NCBI RefSeq assembly: GCF_006345805.1
Contig: NC_042999.1
Location: 102,362,001 to 102,426,000 of the forward strand
From: Octopus sinensis
Lineage: Eukaryota
Length of the DNA stretch: 64,000 bases
Reading direction: 5' to 3'
The translations under genes were made by a program, and so were the position numbers. The notes beneath the pieces were generated by a model. That model was not told the DNA's origin and made no database searches. It saw nothing but the letters and a program-made list of their open reading frames with translations. This document shows positions 38,259 to 51,268 of this stretch, piece after piece (within the stretch, counting starts at the first letter, position 1; the number at the start of each line of letters is the position of its first letter).

Positions 38259-38365
38259 GTACATATTTATTTATTTATTTACATGCACACACACACATAC
38301 GTAATACTGGCACTAAAATGCTGGAGGCGTAAAATAATATTAAAAATTAGAAAAAGAACAAAGAA

Positions 38366-38460
38366 ATGTCTTCAACAGATACCTGAAAATACAACTAATT
38401 TGAATCTAAGACTTTGTGTGGCGCCTTAAACTATTGTCTTGATTACCTGTTGCTTTGTTC

Positions 38461-38540
<80 letters not shown>

Positions 38541-38676
38541 GTGCTGTTCATATATCTGTCTCTGAGTTTATTTCTATGAAGATTGTCTTCTCAGATTGTA
38601 TTTTTATTCATCTATTTATGCTGTGTCTATTGAGTTTTGACAAACAAATTCTTTAGTTAGTTCCATCTGACAAAAC
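38366..38676. repeat. Unclassified interspersed repeat with internal (AG)n, copy 2
   Basis: Inverted relative to 6858-7100; (AG) run is about 72 bp here. Confidence 0.85.
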
Positions 38677-39704
38677 CATTAGTCTTCTTCGATTTCTCTT
38701 CTAGCTAAGTACATTTTATCTTTGTTATAAGACTATAAGTTTATTTTAAAGTGTATTGATTACTAAAACTAGGAGTAGGTCACAGATTTGTAGAGAATTA
38801 GGGCACAGTTGATTTAATTTATTATATACGTAAGACATTTCATTTATACTTCATTGAATGAAAGACGGAAACTGACTCCAATAAAATTTGAAATCAGAAT
38901 CTTTGGGAGTAAGTTACCATGGTAGAATCGTCAAGGTGACTTTATATAAAATACGAAACTTTACATTCTGATGTCAAATCCTGTTGAGGTCAACTTTACT
39001 TTTCATTCCCGTTAGTACCAGTCAACTTATGGGTAATTTTAATCGACTACCCCTTATTCCAACTCCCTAAATTTCAGGACTTTTGTCCTATGTTACTAAC
39101 AATGTATTACCGAAGCAAAGATAAGCAAGTGAAACAACAAAACTAACAAACTTACAAACAAAACAATCTGAAAATTATTTTCAATAATTTCAGCTACAAT
39201 GTTGATGCAACCCATGTAAAGCAAAGACTTCTGATTAATCATAATTGCTATTGTGAATATCATAAAAAAAGCAAACTGCTAGAAACAACAGTCAAATATC
39301 CATCAAATCGTACCCTTCTCTCTTAGGAAAAAATGAATACATTAGATCACGTGGTCTTGTGAATACTGCGGATGGTTGAAAAGCAGAATATCCTTGAACA
39401 TAGTTTTGCTCGATCAAAAGCGGTCTGAGGCTAAACAACATCATCTAGGAAAATGTTAATATTTCTATATTTATGATTGTGTTAGCTATCAAAGCATGAA
39501 AGGAATGTATTTACATTTTTATAATTTCTTCTCACAGCTAGACTTTCTGATATTTAAATTTGCTTCAGTTCTTCTCATTCCCGCTGTGTTGGCGCATAAA
39601 AATATATAATGTTTAATCAATGACAAGCCGTCAAAAGCACAGATGTGCAAATTAAGCTGTATTCTACGGTAACGGCTTAATTTATGACATCTTTATATAG
39701 TAAA

Positions 39705-40101
39705 GGCGTAGGAGTGGCTGTGTGGTAAGTAGCTTGCTTACGAACCACGTGGTTCCGGGTTCAGTCCCACTGCGTGGCACCTTGGGCAAGTGTCTTCTAC
39801 TATAGCCTCGGGCCGACCAAAGCCTTGAGTGGATTTGGTAGACGGAAACTGAAAGAAGCCCGTCGTATATATAAATATATATATGTATGTATGTGTATAT
39901 GTTTGTGTGTCTGTGTTTGTCCCCCCAACATCGCTTGACAACCGTGTGCTTACGTCCCCGTAACTTAGCGGTTCGGCAAAAAAGACCGATAGAATAAGTA
40001 CTAGGCTTACAAAGAATAAGTCCTGGGGTCGATTTGCTCGACTAAAAAGGTGGTGCTCCAGCATGGCCACAGTCAAATGACTGAAACAAGTAAAAGAGTA
40101 A
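39705..40101 (+). mobile_element. SINE family B
   Basis: Full-length. Confidence 0.92.
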
Positions 40102-40259
40102 CTGAATATTCCATGCTATCGGATGACTGAGGCTGGAACATGGGTACGTTTTCTTTCGAGGAGCAGTCATCTAAGTATTCAACGACTCGTCGGGAGACTA
40201 CCTCGTTTTATTACGCATATCAAAAGCATAGAAGGTATATGCTTACATTGTTATATTTT

Positions 40260-40420
40260 CTTCTCACAGCTAGAATTTCTAATATATTTCCACAACAGAG
40301 CAAATTTTTCTTGTGATCCCAAACAACGATATCTGGACGGTTGTGTTTTAAATTAGTGGATGTTTTGATATTTTTAGTTCTACCAATATTCCTTTGATCC
40401 ATCTGTGTCAATATAATCAA
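40260..40420 (-). mobile_element. R4-like REL endonuclease remnant
   Basis: IKTSTNLKHNRPDIVVWD motif. Confidence 0.7.
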
Positions 40421-41181
40421 TTTTGCCTGTTAGTATTTTCTTTTTCCTTATCCTGTTCCGCTTGTAAGTATGCATGTATATATGTGTGTGTATGCATGTA
40501 TGTGTGCCTGTATGCATATGTGTGTATGTATATATGTTTGTGTGTATGTCATTATTCAGCTTTATTTCAAGATTTCTTGCCAACAGAGAAAGAGCTGGTT
40601 TCTAACCTAGATCCAAGGCTCCTTCGTTGGAATTTCAACTACATCAACATGCTAGTTTTGCATGTATGTGTGCATATGTGTAGTATTTGAATTAGTGCAT
40701 ATGCAGATTTGTTATACTTTGTTTTATGTCTGTATTTTCATACATATAGCTGCATGTCTCGGCATGCACTTGTATGTATGTATGTATGTATGTATGTATG
40801 TATGCATGTATGTATGTATGTATGTATGTATGCATGTATGTATGTATGCATGTATGCATGCATGCTTATATGTATGCATGCATGCTTGTATGTGAATACA
40901 TGTTTGTGTGTGTGTGAACAGTAATTATTTTACGCGTATACACGAACATATATTTCGTTGCACATCAAAGCGGATTATATCCGAAAATTAATATACTGTA
41001 ATGAAAAGACTTGATTGAATATTCTATGTTAGAATATTCTATACGTTTCCTTGACAATACTTTAAACACATCACCCATTTTATTTTAATCTCAGTTTCAA
41101 AGACCCCTCCCCTCTTTAATCTTTAGGTCCCTATAACTGTTTATATATGTGCGTCTTTGTATATATGTATGTGCGTGTGTG

Positions 41182-41233
<52 letters not shown>

Positions 41234-41250
41234 ATAGAGAGATAGAGAAA

Positions 41251-41310
<60 letters not shown>

Positions 41311-41514
41311 TGCTAAAGGTTCGTTGTTTATGCATATTTACATATAATGTACGTTTCCATTAATAGAAAAAAATTGTAAAACTTTTGTTATCTCCATTCC
41401 AACGACAGAACTTTGTATCTTTGGTTGAAACCAGCTCCTTCTTCACAGGATCATTTCAAATAATTAAAAATCGAAGAGAGCATGCGTGCATGCATACATA
41501 CATACATACATACA

Positions 41515-41545
<31 letters not shown>

Positions 41546-42427
41546 GTACATACGTACATACGTACGTGCGTGCGTGCGTACGTACGTACGTACGTATATG
41601 CTGCACATATCAATGCTTCTCGAATACCAGGTTTACATTATTACGTTATCTTTTTTTTTATTTTGTCCCATCCCTGCTTATTTTGTCATTTGTCTTCTAC
41701 TCCACTTCACATCTGTTATTCACTTCTGTTCACTTTTCCTCTTATGTTGAATGTATGTTTTAAACTTTGAAAATGAAAAAACAAATATTTTGCTGGATAA
41801 ATTTTCGCTCACTTCTTTATTGTTTGCCAAGCAACATACGGAGAAATCTAACAAAATTAATCTTGCATGCAAGAATCTAAATTACCTCTTAAAATACCAA
41901 GTTTTTCTCCTTCCCTTAATTCTTATTGATTTTGAAATATTATAACGTAAAAACAAAAGTTAACTTTCAAAAATATTTTTCATTTTTGAATATTTTTGAA
42001 TATTTTGAAATTTTTGCTATTAACTTTCATGTCAAGTCGATCTTGAGTGCTACTGGCAACATATTACCCAGAATAACTTGTTGCTTGTTAGGGTAGGCGG
42101 CGACTATACCGGTTGCCCCACCAAGCTTGTTTGGTGAGGAAGGTGATTTTTGAACACTCTGAAATACGAAAAACAGAGCCTGTGTAAGGGCGGAAGAACT
42201 CATGAGAGTCAAATGCCACCCAACAGTGTATATATATATATATATGTATATAACATCTGTGTGTATATATTCTTTAATATCATATAGTTTTTATATTCTT
42301 TTATATTCTCTCACCCACCGGGTCTCTAAGTGGCGGATAGGGGAATGGTTCTAGAGCGTTGCTGTGAATAGAGTAAAGGGTAATACGCTAGCTACTCGTC
42401 GGGCCAAACATACCTTATGTATATATA

Positions 42428-42626
42428 TGTGTACCGTTGGCGATTTTTTTCCTCTGTCTTCCCTTCTCTGGATCTTTCCTTCTCCTATGTTTCCGACGAA
42501 GAGCTCCGCTCGAAACATTAAGCCCTCCATCTTTCCTTCTTTCCTGAGCGTCCAATAATACTATATTTGTTCCACGTCCTTGCGTTGTTGTGTTTTTTTG
42601 TGCTTTCATGTTTGGATTAACTTCAT
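42428..42626 (+). mobile_element. (TA)n-embedded ~200-bp mini-element with a minimal hammerhead motif
   Basis: gttt-CCGACGA-a-gagc-tcc-gctc-GAAAC-att-aagc at 42489-42523. Confidence 0.6.
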
Positions 42627-42675
42627 ATACATATATACATACATTCATACATATACATACACGCATGGATACATG

Positions 42676-42982
42676 AATGACCATGAAATTGCACCTAGAA
42701 AGTTACCCTCTGAGGCACAAGTCCGAGCAAGGTTGTTTATGGAAGACCAGCAGTTACGCATGCATACCAACCTCCCCTCTCCACGCCACCGATGTTATCC
42801 AAGGGAAAGGCAAAGGCCAATACAGCTTGCCGCCAGTGACGTCGCAACTCATTTCTACAGCTGAGTGAACTGGAGAAACGTGAAATAAAGTGTCTTGATC
42901 AAGAACACAACACAACTGCCCGGTCCAGGAACGGAACTCACTTCTTCATGATTGTAAGCCCGACGCTCTAAACACTGAGCCA
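42676..42982 (-). mobile_element. SINE family C
   Basis: Colinear with 36058-36397. Confidence 0.9.
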
Positions 42983-44099
42983 CATAGAATAATCAACTCT
43001 GCGCCAAACACGAGTTGCGCTTGGGCAAGACATAACATAAACCATCTAGAGTACGTAGCTGGTGCAAGTTTCGAAAAGCTGATGTCATCTAGACTTTTAC
43101 AAGGAGACATGTCTCAGTTAGCGAGAACCCACAATTTGCAGGAAGGGTATGCAACTCCTGTGAGTATCAACTAATGCGAATCGGAAGGGACCGAGTAGTT
43201 ATCCGGCCAAAATTTAAATTAGTTTATTTTAGAAGTATAATGTGTTTTGTTAGGTTTTCAATATTTTTGCTTCATTCTTGCCTGATATTTGCTCTATGTT
43301 TTGGCATTTTTGTAGCACTGTATTTTATTTGTCACCATAGGCGCAGGAGTGGCTGTGTGGTTAGTAGCTTACTAACCTAACTGACTGAAGAGTTCGCATT
43401 TTTCATGCAGCTTGAAAGTCACGTCTTGCGACGTGAAAATTGAACATTTTGGAAGCATGACTACAGGCAGGCGTTTGTTGTTTTTTGAGGGCTTAGTGGA
43501 GTTTGTTGCCCTGTATTGAATAGCTTTTTGGTGAGCAACGGTCTCCACTCTGCTCCAGACATTTGCTTGCCTGTGGTCGTCCATAAAGACTCACTTTGCA
43601 GCAAGAATTGTGTTTTTAAGGAGGCGTAGCTCCTCCACAAAAATTAATTTGTTTACAAAAATTGTCTTCGTGTCTGAGAATTTCCACTGGATTACCAAGG
43701 CAGGAACGACTATTTTTGCAAGGTGGACGTGAGTGTGTTGGCTCTGTCCAATATTGAACTGAAAGAAAAAAAGAACAACATCAGCAGAAGACCGTAGAGG
43801 TAGGTAGATCTTTTTTCGGTTGAGCTGGGTGTAATTTGTCAAATAGTAATTGTTTGTATGTTGATAAATTTCGCCCAGCTCTGTGGCAATTCTGCCTGCT
43901 GTCGGGGGCTGCTGTTTGTTGTTTTTTGTATTGGAAAAAATATGGGGGGGGGGGCTCTCTTCGCCCGAACTCACTGGATTCTGTTATTGAAACTTGTTGA
44001 AGTTGGCCAGGAGTACCTGTTGGGCATTGATGTTTGTTGTGTGAACTGTTTTTCTTTTCTCTATCCTTCTGTTTTTTCTTTCTTTTTGGAGCTGTTTTT

Positions 44100-45250
44100 G
44101 CGTTTCTTTTGAATTTTATTTTTTATTCATTTTTTGAACTAACTTGTTCTTTTTAAAACTAACTTGTTATTTTTTATTCATTTTTTTAACTAACTTGTTC
44201 TTTTGGGACTTGTTAATTTATTGGGACTTTCCTTCTTCTTTTGAATTGATTTTTAACATGGCAAATGCAAAAAGTGCCTTAGAATGAGAGGTGATCCCAC
44301 CTAAGCAATGGATTGAAAGCCTTGAGAGAAGAACGGTGGTACTACGGACCTATTCTAGGTCGCGTGACCCTTCGACAAGGGTATTATAAATAAAGAGCTG
44401 GCAAAATGCTTGCCAGCCAAAAATTATTATGTAATCAGGGGTGTCAAATACGCCACGGTATGGCTACTTTTCGACACTCCTGAGGAGGCTTGAACTGTGG
44501 CAGGCCAGCCCCTGGAAGGGGAGGAGATTTTGTTTCTTCCCACATATCGTGGGAAGAAGGTGATAAGGGCCTGGGTATGTGATCTTCCCTCGGGCACCGA
44601 AGCGGGGTGGATTGCAGATGCCATCCAGCGGGGCCTGGGGGATAGCGGGCCCAGGCTTTTAAATATAGAGATAAAGCGTGCGGTTGACTGGGAGGGTGCG
44701 AAGGCAACTTTGACCCTATGGACCCCAGTGCCCGCGGGTGAAATGACTTTCCCTGACTTTTTTAAAATGGATGGTTCAAGGTATCCAGTGATACTTGAGG
44801 GTCACCCCCCATGTGTCACTCGTGCCTGGAGTTAGGCCATATTAAGAAGGACTTCCCACAGGGCCGTAGTAAGGTCCCGCAGCAGGGAAAGGTGAAGGTG
44901 TCCTCCGCTCTCCCATTGCAGGGAGAAACGGCGGAAGTCGTTGAGGCCAATGCCTCAACGAGAAGGAAAAGAAAGGTGAGCAACCATTGTTGCTCCCCAA
45001 CAGACGCGCAGGTTGTGAGAGAGGAGGAGGACCCGCCTCCGGGTGTGCCGGTGAAGGCTCCGACTCCCGCACCCTTAAGAAGGAAGAGAAACGGGAGACG
45101 GTCGGCGAATATCACTGTGCCGCCGACTGAATCCGATGCTCCTCTGGTAGAAGGTGTGCCACCGGAGCGAGAGGCTCTGTCAGTGGGAATTATGCCACTG
45201 ACAGAGCGGGCTGAGGCCCCTCCCCTTGCTCGATTTCCTCGTCGCTTCGT
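44100..45250 (+). mobile_element. Tx1/L1-like LINE 5' region: pyrimidine-rich leader plus decayed ORF1 (gag-like, CCHC knuckle)
   Basis: ATG at 44258. FLPTYRGKKVIRAWV...PVILEGHPP then CHSCLELGHIKKDFP (decayed Cx2Cx4Hx4C), followed by a basic/proline-rich tail. GC-rich, with stops and frameshifts. Confidence 0.65.
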
Positions 45251-45516
45251 ACTTCCACCTCCCCTACTGATATCTGGTAGGAAATCACTCGTCGTTTAGG
45301 TAAATCACTCTTTCAAAGGGAGACGGATGTAATAGTAGTCATTTTACCCACTTTTCTTCGTGCCAATGTTAGAGAGGTTCTGGAAACGGATCATAGGTGC
45401 TGCTTCAGCCAAAATGAAGTAGAATTCAACATTTCATTGACTACATAAAAAATAACACAATTAGTAAATGAAAATAATGAGAAAAAATACTTTCCCTACC
45501 CTCAAAAGAAAATAAC

Positions 45517-46043
45517 TGTAGCGGTAGCTAGATAGTTGAATGATCTCACTTGCAAGAAAGATTGTAGAGTAACCTCCCTTTATTAAGTTTCTCGAAGCAT
45601 CTGTGTCATGAGACGTGATTCTTAATTATTCAAGAAGTTTAGCATTTCTCTTAGAAGTTTCTAGAATGTCTAGCGTTCCATTAATAAAAATAGCTTGCTA
45701 ACCCAGCTCTTTGCTTCTTAGACGATTAGACTTAGAGCTATTCACGTCATTGCTATGTCCGCCTATTTCTCCATGCCACATGACTGAAAACTACCACTTA
45801 GCTGTTATTTCTATATTTCCAATCTCTGAACTTTCTTGCATAGATTTCTTCATTCAAGTAGATTCTACATTTTGATTATGTATCATCATCGACCAGTAAA
45901 TAAAATATATTTTCATGTAGTAACTATATAGTTCTTGAATTTATTCTTCATCTCTTTATGAACTCTTGTAATAATAAACCCGCAGCTATATCAACACCTG
46001 GTACTAAATATATATTCCCACTGCATAAATTGGTGATCCTGCG
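45517..46043 (+). mobile_element. Probable LTR (509 bp) with primer-binding site
   Basis: Termini tgtagcgg...ccactgca (TG..CA, imperfect IR); aataaa near the 3' end; then taaat-tggtgatcctgcg. Confidence 0.55.
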
Positions 46044-46156
46044 AATAAACATAATACCCCCTCAACAGAAAATAAAATATAAGGAAACAAAACATCGATT
46101 CTTTATGTGTACGCAGCAATAAAGGCGATGGGTAACAGAATCATGGCTGGTAGAAC

Positions 46157-46579
46157 CAGCGCCGGATTAAGACCCATCGAGGCCCTAAGCACTTAAATGA
46201 TTTTGGTACCATAAAAGATTATGTAATTCAAAATATAAACAATAACAAACCATAAAATAAATTTTTATTTTTCAAAACAAAACAAAACAGAAAGAGGGAA
46301 AATTATGTTTATTTTTGTATACTTCCACTTTATTTATATTTGAAAAGTTTCCTCCTACGTTTTTGAATTGCAAAGTCTTTGCTCAGGTCTTCAAAATTAA
46401 TCTTTAGTAATACATCTAAATCAATACTTAGTGGAGATAAAGGCATCCTGAATATTATTTTAGCAAGTTTAAAGTGATTTCATTCGTGCCGTAAACCATT
46501 TACCATTTCTGTGGTGCCCCTGCCTTCCCTTGATGCCCTAAGCACGTGCTTATTTTGGTTAATGGTTAATCCAGCGCTG
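46157..46579 (-). mobile_element. Non-autonomous hAT element (423 bp)
   Basis: 14-bp TIR cagcgc(c/t)ggattaa; 8-bp TSD ggtagaac; internal LSIDLDVLLKINFEDLSKDFAIQKRRR resembles the hAT C-terminal dimerisation region. Confidence 0.9.
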
Positions 46580-46798
46580 GGTAGAACGAGGGACACAATG
46601 TTTTGTAGTGTTTAATTACATCCCCTTTACGTTTTTAGTTCAAATCCCGCCAGGAGTTGATATTACCTTTCATTATTCAGTGGCCGATGAAATAAAGTAT
46701 CAGTCAATAGCAATGATTGATATAATCAATATACTAATTACGTGACGTTGGCTTTCTGTTAAAAATTCCTATATTTTAAGAAGTTATATAAAGTAAAT

Positions 46799-47103
46799 GG
46801 AGGCGCAATGACCCAGGTGTTAGGGCATCGGACTCGCGGTTGTAGGATCGCGGTTTCGATTCCCAGATCGGGCGTTGTGAGTGTTTATTAAGTGAAAACA
46901 CCTAAAGCTCCACGAGGCTCTGGCAGGGGGTGGGTGGCGATCCCTGCTGTACTCTTTCGCCACAACTTTCTCTCACTCTTTCTTCTGTAGGCCTGCTCGC
47001 TTAGCCAGCGGGGTGGCGTCATTTGAAGGCTAAAACAATGCGAAGCGCATTGCGACCAGCGATGTGTAGCAACATTTGATAGCCTCGTCGGTCACGTGAC
47101 GTG
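46799..47103 (+). mobile_element. SINE family D, tail type 1
   Basis: tRNA-like head ggaggcgcaatg..ggtttcgattccc; exact 13-bp TSD atataaagtaaat at 46786-46798 and 47104-47116. Confidence 0.92.
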
Positions 47104-47801
47104 ATATAAAGTAAATAATGTTTAGGCCGTAATGTATAACATTTCAAACTTCTATTTTGTCTACAAATTCTGATAGTCAGACACTCAATCATTCATCGCT
47201 TCCCGTAGAAGTAAAAAAAATCCTTAGCAAAGCTTTTGTTGTTGTTAGTTGTCATGACAACTTTAGAGGAAAAAACCCCAAAACAACAGCAACAAAAACA
47301 CAACAAAACCTGTCAAAACTAAAACATGACGTCGCGACTAACAATCATAATCTACTACCGTCGCAATAATGGTTTGCCATGCTTATTGTATTTGTTAACT
47401 ATGAGATTTCTTGGATTATAATAATTTCTTAGATGTTTAGAGAATGGAATAAAAGACACTTGCATAATGGTAAATATGCAACATAATCTCTAACCCTCAT
47501 GTCTATTTCACTAATGTCTGATTTGACTGGATTTATAGTTTAAAGATGTGAAAGAAACAAAAAATAAGAAAAAAAGAAAAAGAGACAGAAAGAAAAGAGA
47601 AGGCTTTTCAAGATAATCTTCCGTGTACTTTATTCCATTTTCATTCCGGTTCTATATAACCTTTCTGTGTTTATCGCAGAATTGTCTTCCACACGCGCGC
47701 GCGCACACACACACACTCGTACACACACTCACCATACTTATACAGAAACAATTCATTAATCTAGTGAATGCATGTTAATGCATTCGCATATATATATATA
47801 T

Positions 47802-48139
47802 GTCGTAGCACTCCGTCGGTTACGATGATGATGGTTTCAGTTGAACCGATCAACGGAACAGTCTGCTCGTGAAATTAACGTGCAAGTGGTTGAGCACTTC
47901 ACAGACACTTGTACTCTTAACGTAGTTCTCGGGGTGATTCAGCGTGACACAGAGTGTGACAAGGCTGGCCCTTCGAAATACATGTACAACAGAAATGGGG
48001 AAGAAAGAGTGAGAGAAAGTTGTGGTGGAAGAGTACAACAGGGTTCGCCACGACCTCCTGCCGGAGCCTCGTGGAACTTTAGGTGTTTTCACTTAATAAA
48101 CACTCACAATGGCCCTAACACCTAGGCCATTGTGCCTCC
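47802..48139 (-). mobile_element. SINE family D, tail type 2, B-box region deleted
   Basis: Shares body gtgaaaacacctaaag.tccacgaggctc with D1; 3' part is unrelated. Confidence 0.85.
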
Positions 48140-48609
48140 ATTTACTTTATATAACTTCTTAAAATATAGGAATTTTTAACAGAAAGCCAACGTCACGTAA
48201 TTAGTATATTGATCATATCAATCATTGCTATTGACTGATACTTTATTTCATCGGCCACTGAATAATGAAAGGTAATATCAACTCCTGGCGGGATTTGAAC
48301 TAAAACCGTAAAGGGGATGTAATTAAACACCACAAAACACACACACACACTGCATTGTAATGGATATATTTATGCGCATGATATGCATGCTGATGGATGT
48401 GTGTGTGTGTATGAATGTATAGTTCTTTTTTGGAAAGATCTCAAAGTACATTACATAAAACTATAAATAATAGCATGTAAATATTATGTTGGAAAACTGG
48501 TTTGGATAAAAAAAATTATGGTTACCCGCGAAACACAAACCCACACATGTTAATGGAAATAAACTTGAAGAAAGTATCTAATACGAAAAGTTAGAAATTA
48601 GAACTTCAT

Positions 48610-48735
48610 AACCAAGTGGTTAGTGCATCAGATTTACGATCGTAAGTAAGGTCATGGGGTCGGTTTCTGGACCGAGTTGCGCGTTGTGTCCTTGAGTAAG
48701 GAATTTCATTTTACGTTGCGCTAGTCTACTTAATT
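48610..48735 (+). mobile_element. Decayed SINE C head
   Basis: gtggttagtgc...ggaccgagttgcgcgttgtgtccttgagtaagg..ttttacgttgc. Confidence 0.6.
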
Positions 48736-49126
48736 GAAATTCTCCCGCAGTTTTAACCTCTAGCAACTGTTGCGCCTAGCTGTACAAACACACACACACA
48801 CACACACATCTATACACTCCGAAGGCATGAGCGTAAGACAGCGTAAAATGGAATAAGTTACTCGCAGGATATGCATGTAACGGTAGTCTCTCGTAGTCCT
48901 AGAGAGACGGTTCTTCAATTTTTTCCTGAACAACCTGCACAGATGAGTTATCAGCTCTTTGTATCGTACATAAGCTCTGTCCTTCCATCAAATCAACAAT
49001 GCTACATGGTGTGCCACGCGTCAAATGTCGAAGAGATCACGGAAGAGCGTGAGATAACGTGTTTTGCTCAAGAACACAACGCACCACCAGCACGTCTTTT
49101 GTTGTTGTTTTTTTTTCGTGAATTCT

Positions 49127-49180
<54 letters not shown>

Positions 49181-50549
49181 TACATATATATGTATGTATA
49201 TATGTTTATGTGTGTGTGTGTGTGTGTGTGCGTGTGTTTGTGTTTGTGTATGTGTTTGAGTGTGTGTATGTGTATACGTTTGTATTTGTATGAGTACACG
49301 AAATAATACATAAAGTTTTTTTTTTATATATAGATGTGCATACACAGTGTGGGTACGGATGTAAATATGTATATATATATATACTCTATATAATAGCATT
49401 TTTATTTGATGTGTACATATACGAATAGGTGTATGTATATGTGGTTGTTTTGTTTCTTGAAAGATGTAATTTAATTACATTTGAAGGTAATAAATATTTT
49501 TCTCTTGAAGATTAATATTCATTTCATCATTTTGATAAAAGTTAAATTACATTTATCGTATGTATGTTATATTTTCTGATATTACACCCATAGTGGCAAA
49601 AGTATATTTCCAAATTTCGTTTTGGGATTTGGTTTGCAAGATTCTTTATATGAGAGTCAAGACTATTGAAAAGGTTGCAGGACGCAACGAAAATTTTAGG
49701 AAAATAAAAATAAGAAATAAGTGGAAATTTTACCGGTGAATGTGTTACATTATAAGGCACAAAAAGAAAATGACTCTCCCCAGACATAACTTCCAAAGTC
49801 ACCCGTCTCATAAGAGTAATGCTCATTACAGCTCGATCAAATAAAGAAGAAAATACTAACTTATAAGAGTCTCTACGTGGTTTCACTTACTAGAAATAAC
49901 AACCAAACCTCTCTCAAAGAACACCCCACTACCTTAAAATGAAGTAAAGACATACTGAATAATGTAATCTTGGATCCAATGTACTTGAAACGAAAAATAA
50001 ACTGGTGTGATGGTTACGGCTGGGTTGTATTTTTCCATATCATAGAGCTTCTCAAACATGGATGACATGGGATGAAATAATAATAAAAGCCAAGAACAAC
50101 GACTAAAGAAAAAGAAAAAGAAAAACGTGCCGTGAAGCATAAGTAGAAAAGACAAATAACACAAAAAGTGAAGAATATATATCGTACTTCAAGCTTCTTT
50201 GTCTGAGGATGTTTGCTTATGTATGCTGCGCTTATGAGGTGCATCTATGGATTACATCTATGGTGTAACATCATGTGCTACCGAATTCTGAAACATATGT
50301 AACAGATGAAATTATGTAGTAGCATGTTCAAGCATATGTTCATTTCTCTCTTATTATATACACACAGATATACGCACACATATGCACTGATGTACACAAC
50401 ACACACATATATACATATATATATATATACATTCATCCATCCAACAACCCATCTATCCATCCATACATACATACATACGCACACACACATATATGTATGT
50501 ATAAACGAATGCATCTATATATGCACACGCGCGTGTGTATGCGTGTGTT

Positions 50550-50580
<31 letters not shown>

Positions 50581-50944
50581 CTATAAAAGCAACAACAAAA
50601 CGAAATGAAAAATATAAAATAGTTCAATGCTACAAAGCAGCTTCAATCAATTATTTTCAAGATATGAGAATGATTTTGAAGATTTCTTAGATAAAAAAGA
50701 ACATCTAACGGTTCTATATTCATAACTTGAACATAACTGATTGAAACAGGTCGATATAAATAAATGGAATTTATTTTTGTTCCTCCATTGGTATTAAATT
50801 ATTGTTCTCTCTCTCTGCCATTTGTCTCTCCCTTTCTCTCTGGGTATGGATGTTGATATAATTGTGTGTTTACATGGTGAGTTCGACTGGGTGGTATACG
50901 TCCAAGTGCACACATTCTTGCACATAACTCACTCATAACTAAAC

Positions 50945-51268
50945 GTGTCTGTATAGTGAAAAAGTTTTCTTCATAACCATCTGGTCTCAGGTTCAGTCTC
51001 ACTGTGCAGCACTCTAGGCAAGGGTCTTCTACTATAGCACCGGGCCAACAAGAACCTTGTGAGTAGATTTGGTAGACGGAAACTGAAAGAAGCCCATCGT
51101 ATACTTACATACATACGACGGGCTTCCACACAGTTTCAGTCAACCATATCCACTTACAGGGCATTGGTCCGCCTGAAGTTATTGTAGAAGACCCTTCCCA
51201 AGGTACTGTGAGATGAGATTGAACCCGAAACCACTTGGTTGCAAAGTGAGCTTCTTTACCATGCAGCC
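50945..51268. mobile_element. Two SINE B 5' halves joined in inverted (convergent) orientation
   Basis: Plus copy ends gaagcccatcgtata; ~10-bp spacer; minus copy begins tacgacgggcttc. Confidence 0.85.

Larger units (their letters stand above)
46599..48339. repeat. 228-bp inverted duplication (46599-46826 and 48112-48339)
   Basis: About 6 mismatches counted by eye; covers 200 bp of flank plus 28 bp of SINE D head. Confidence 0.93.
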
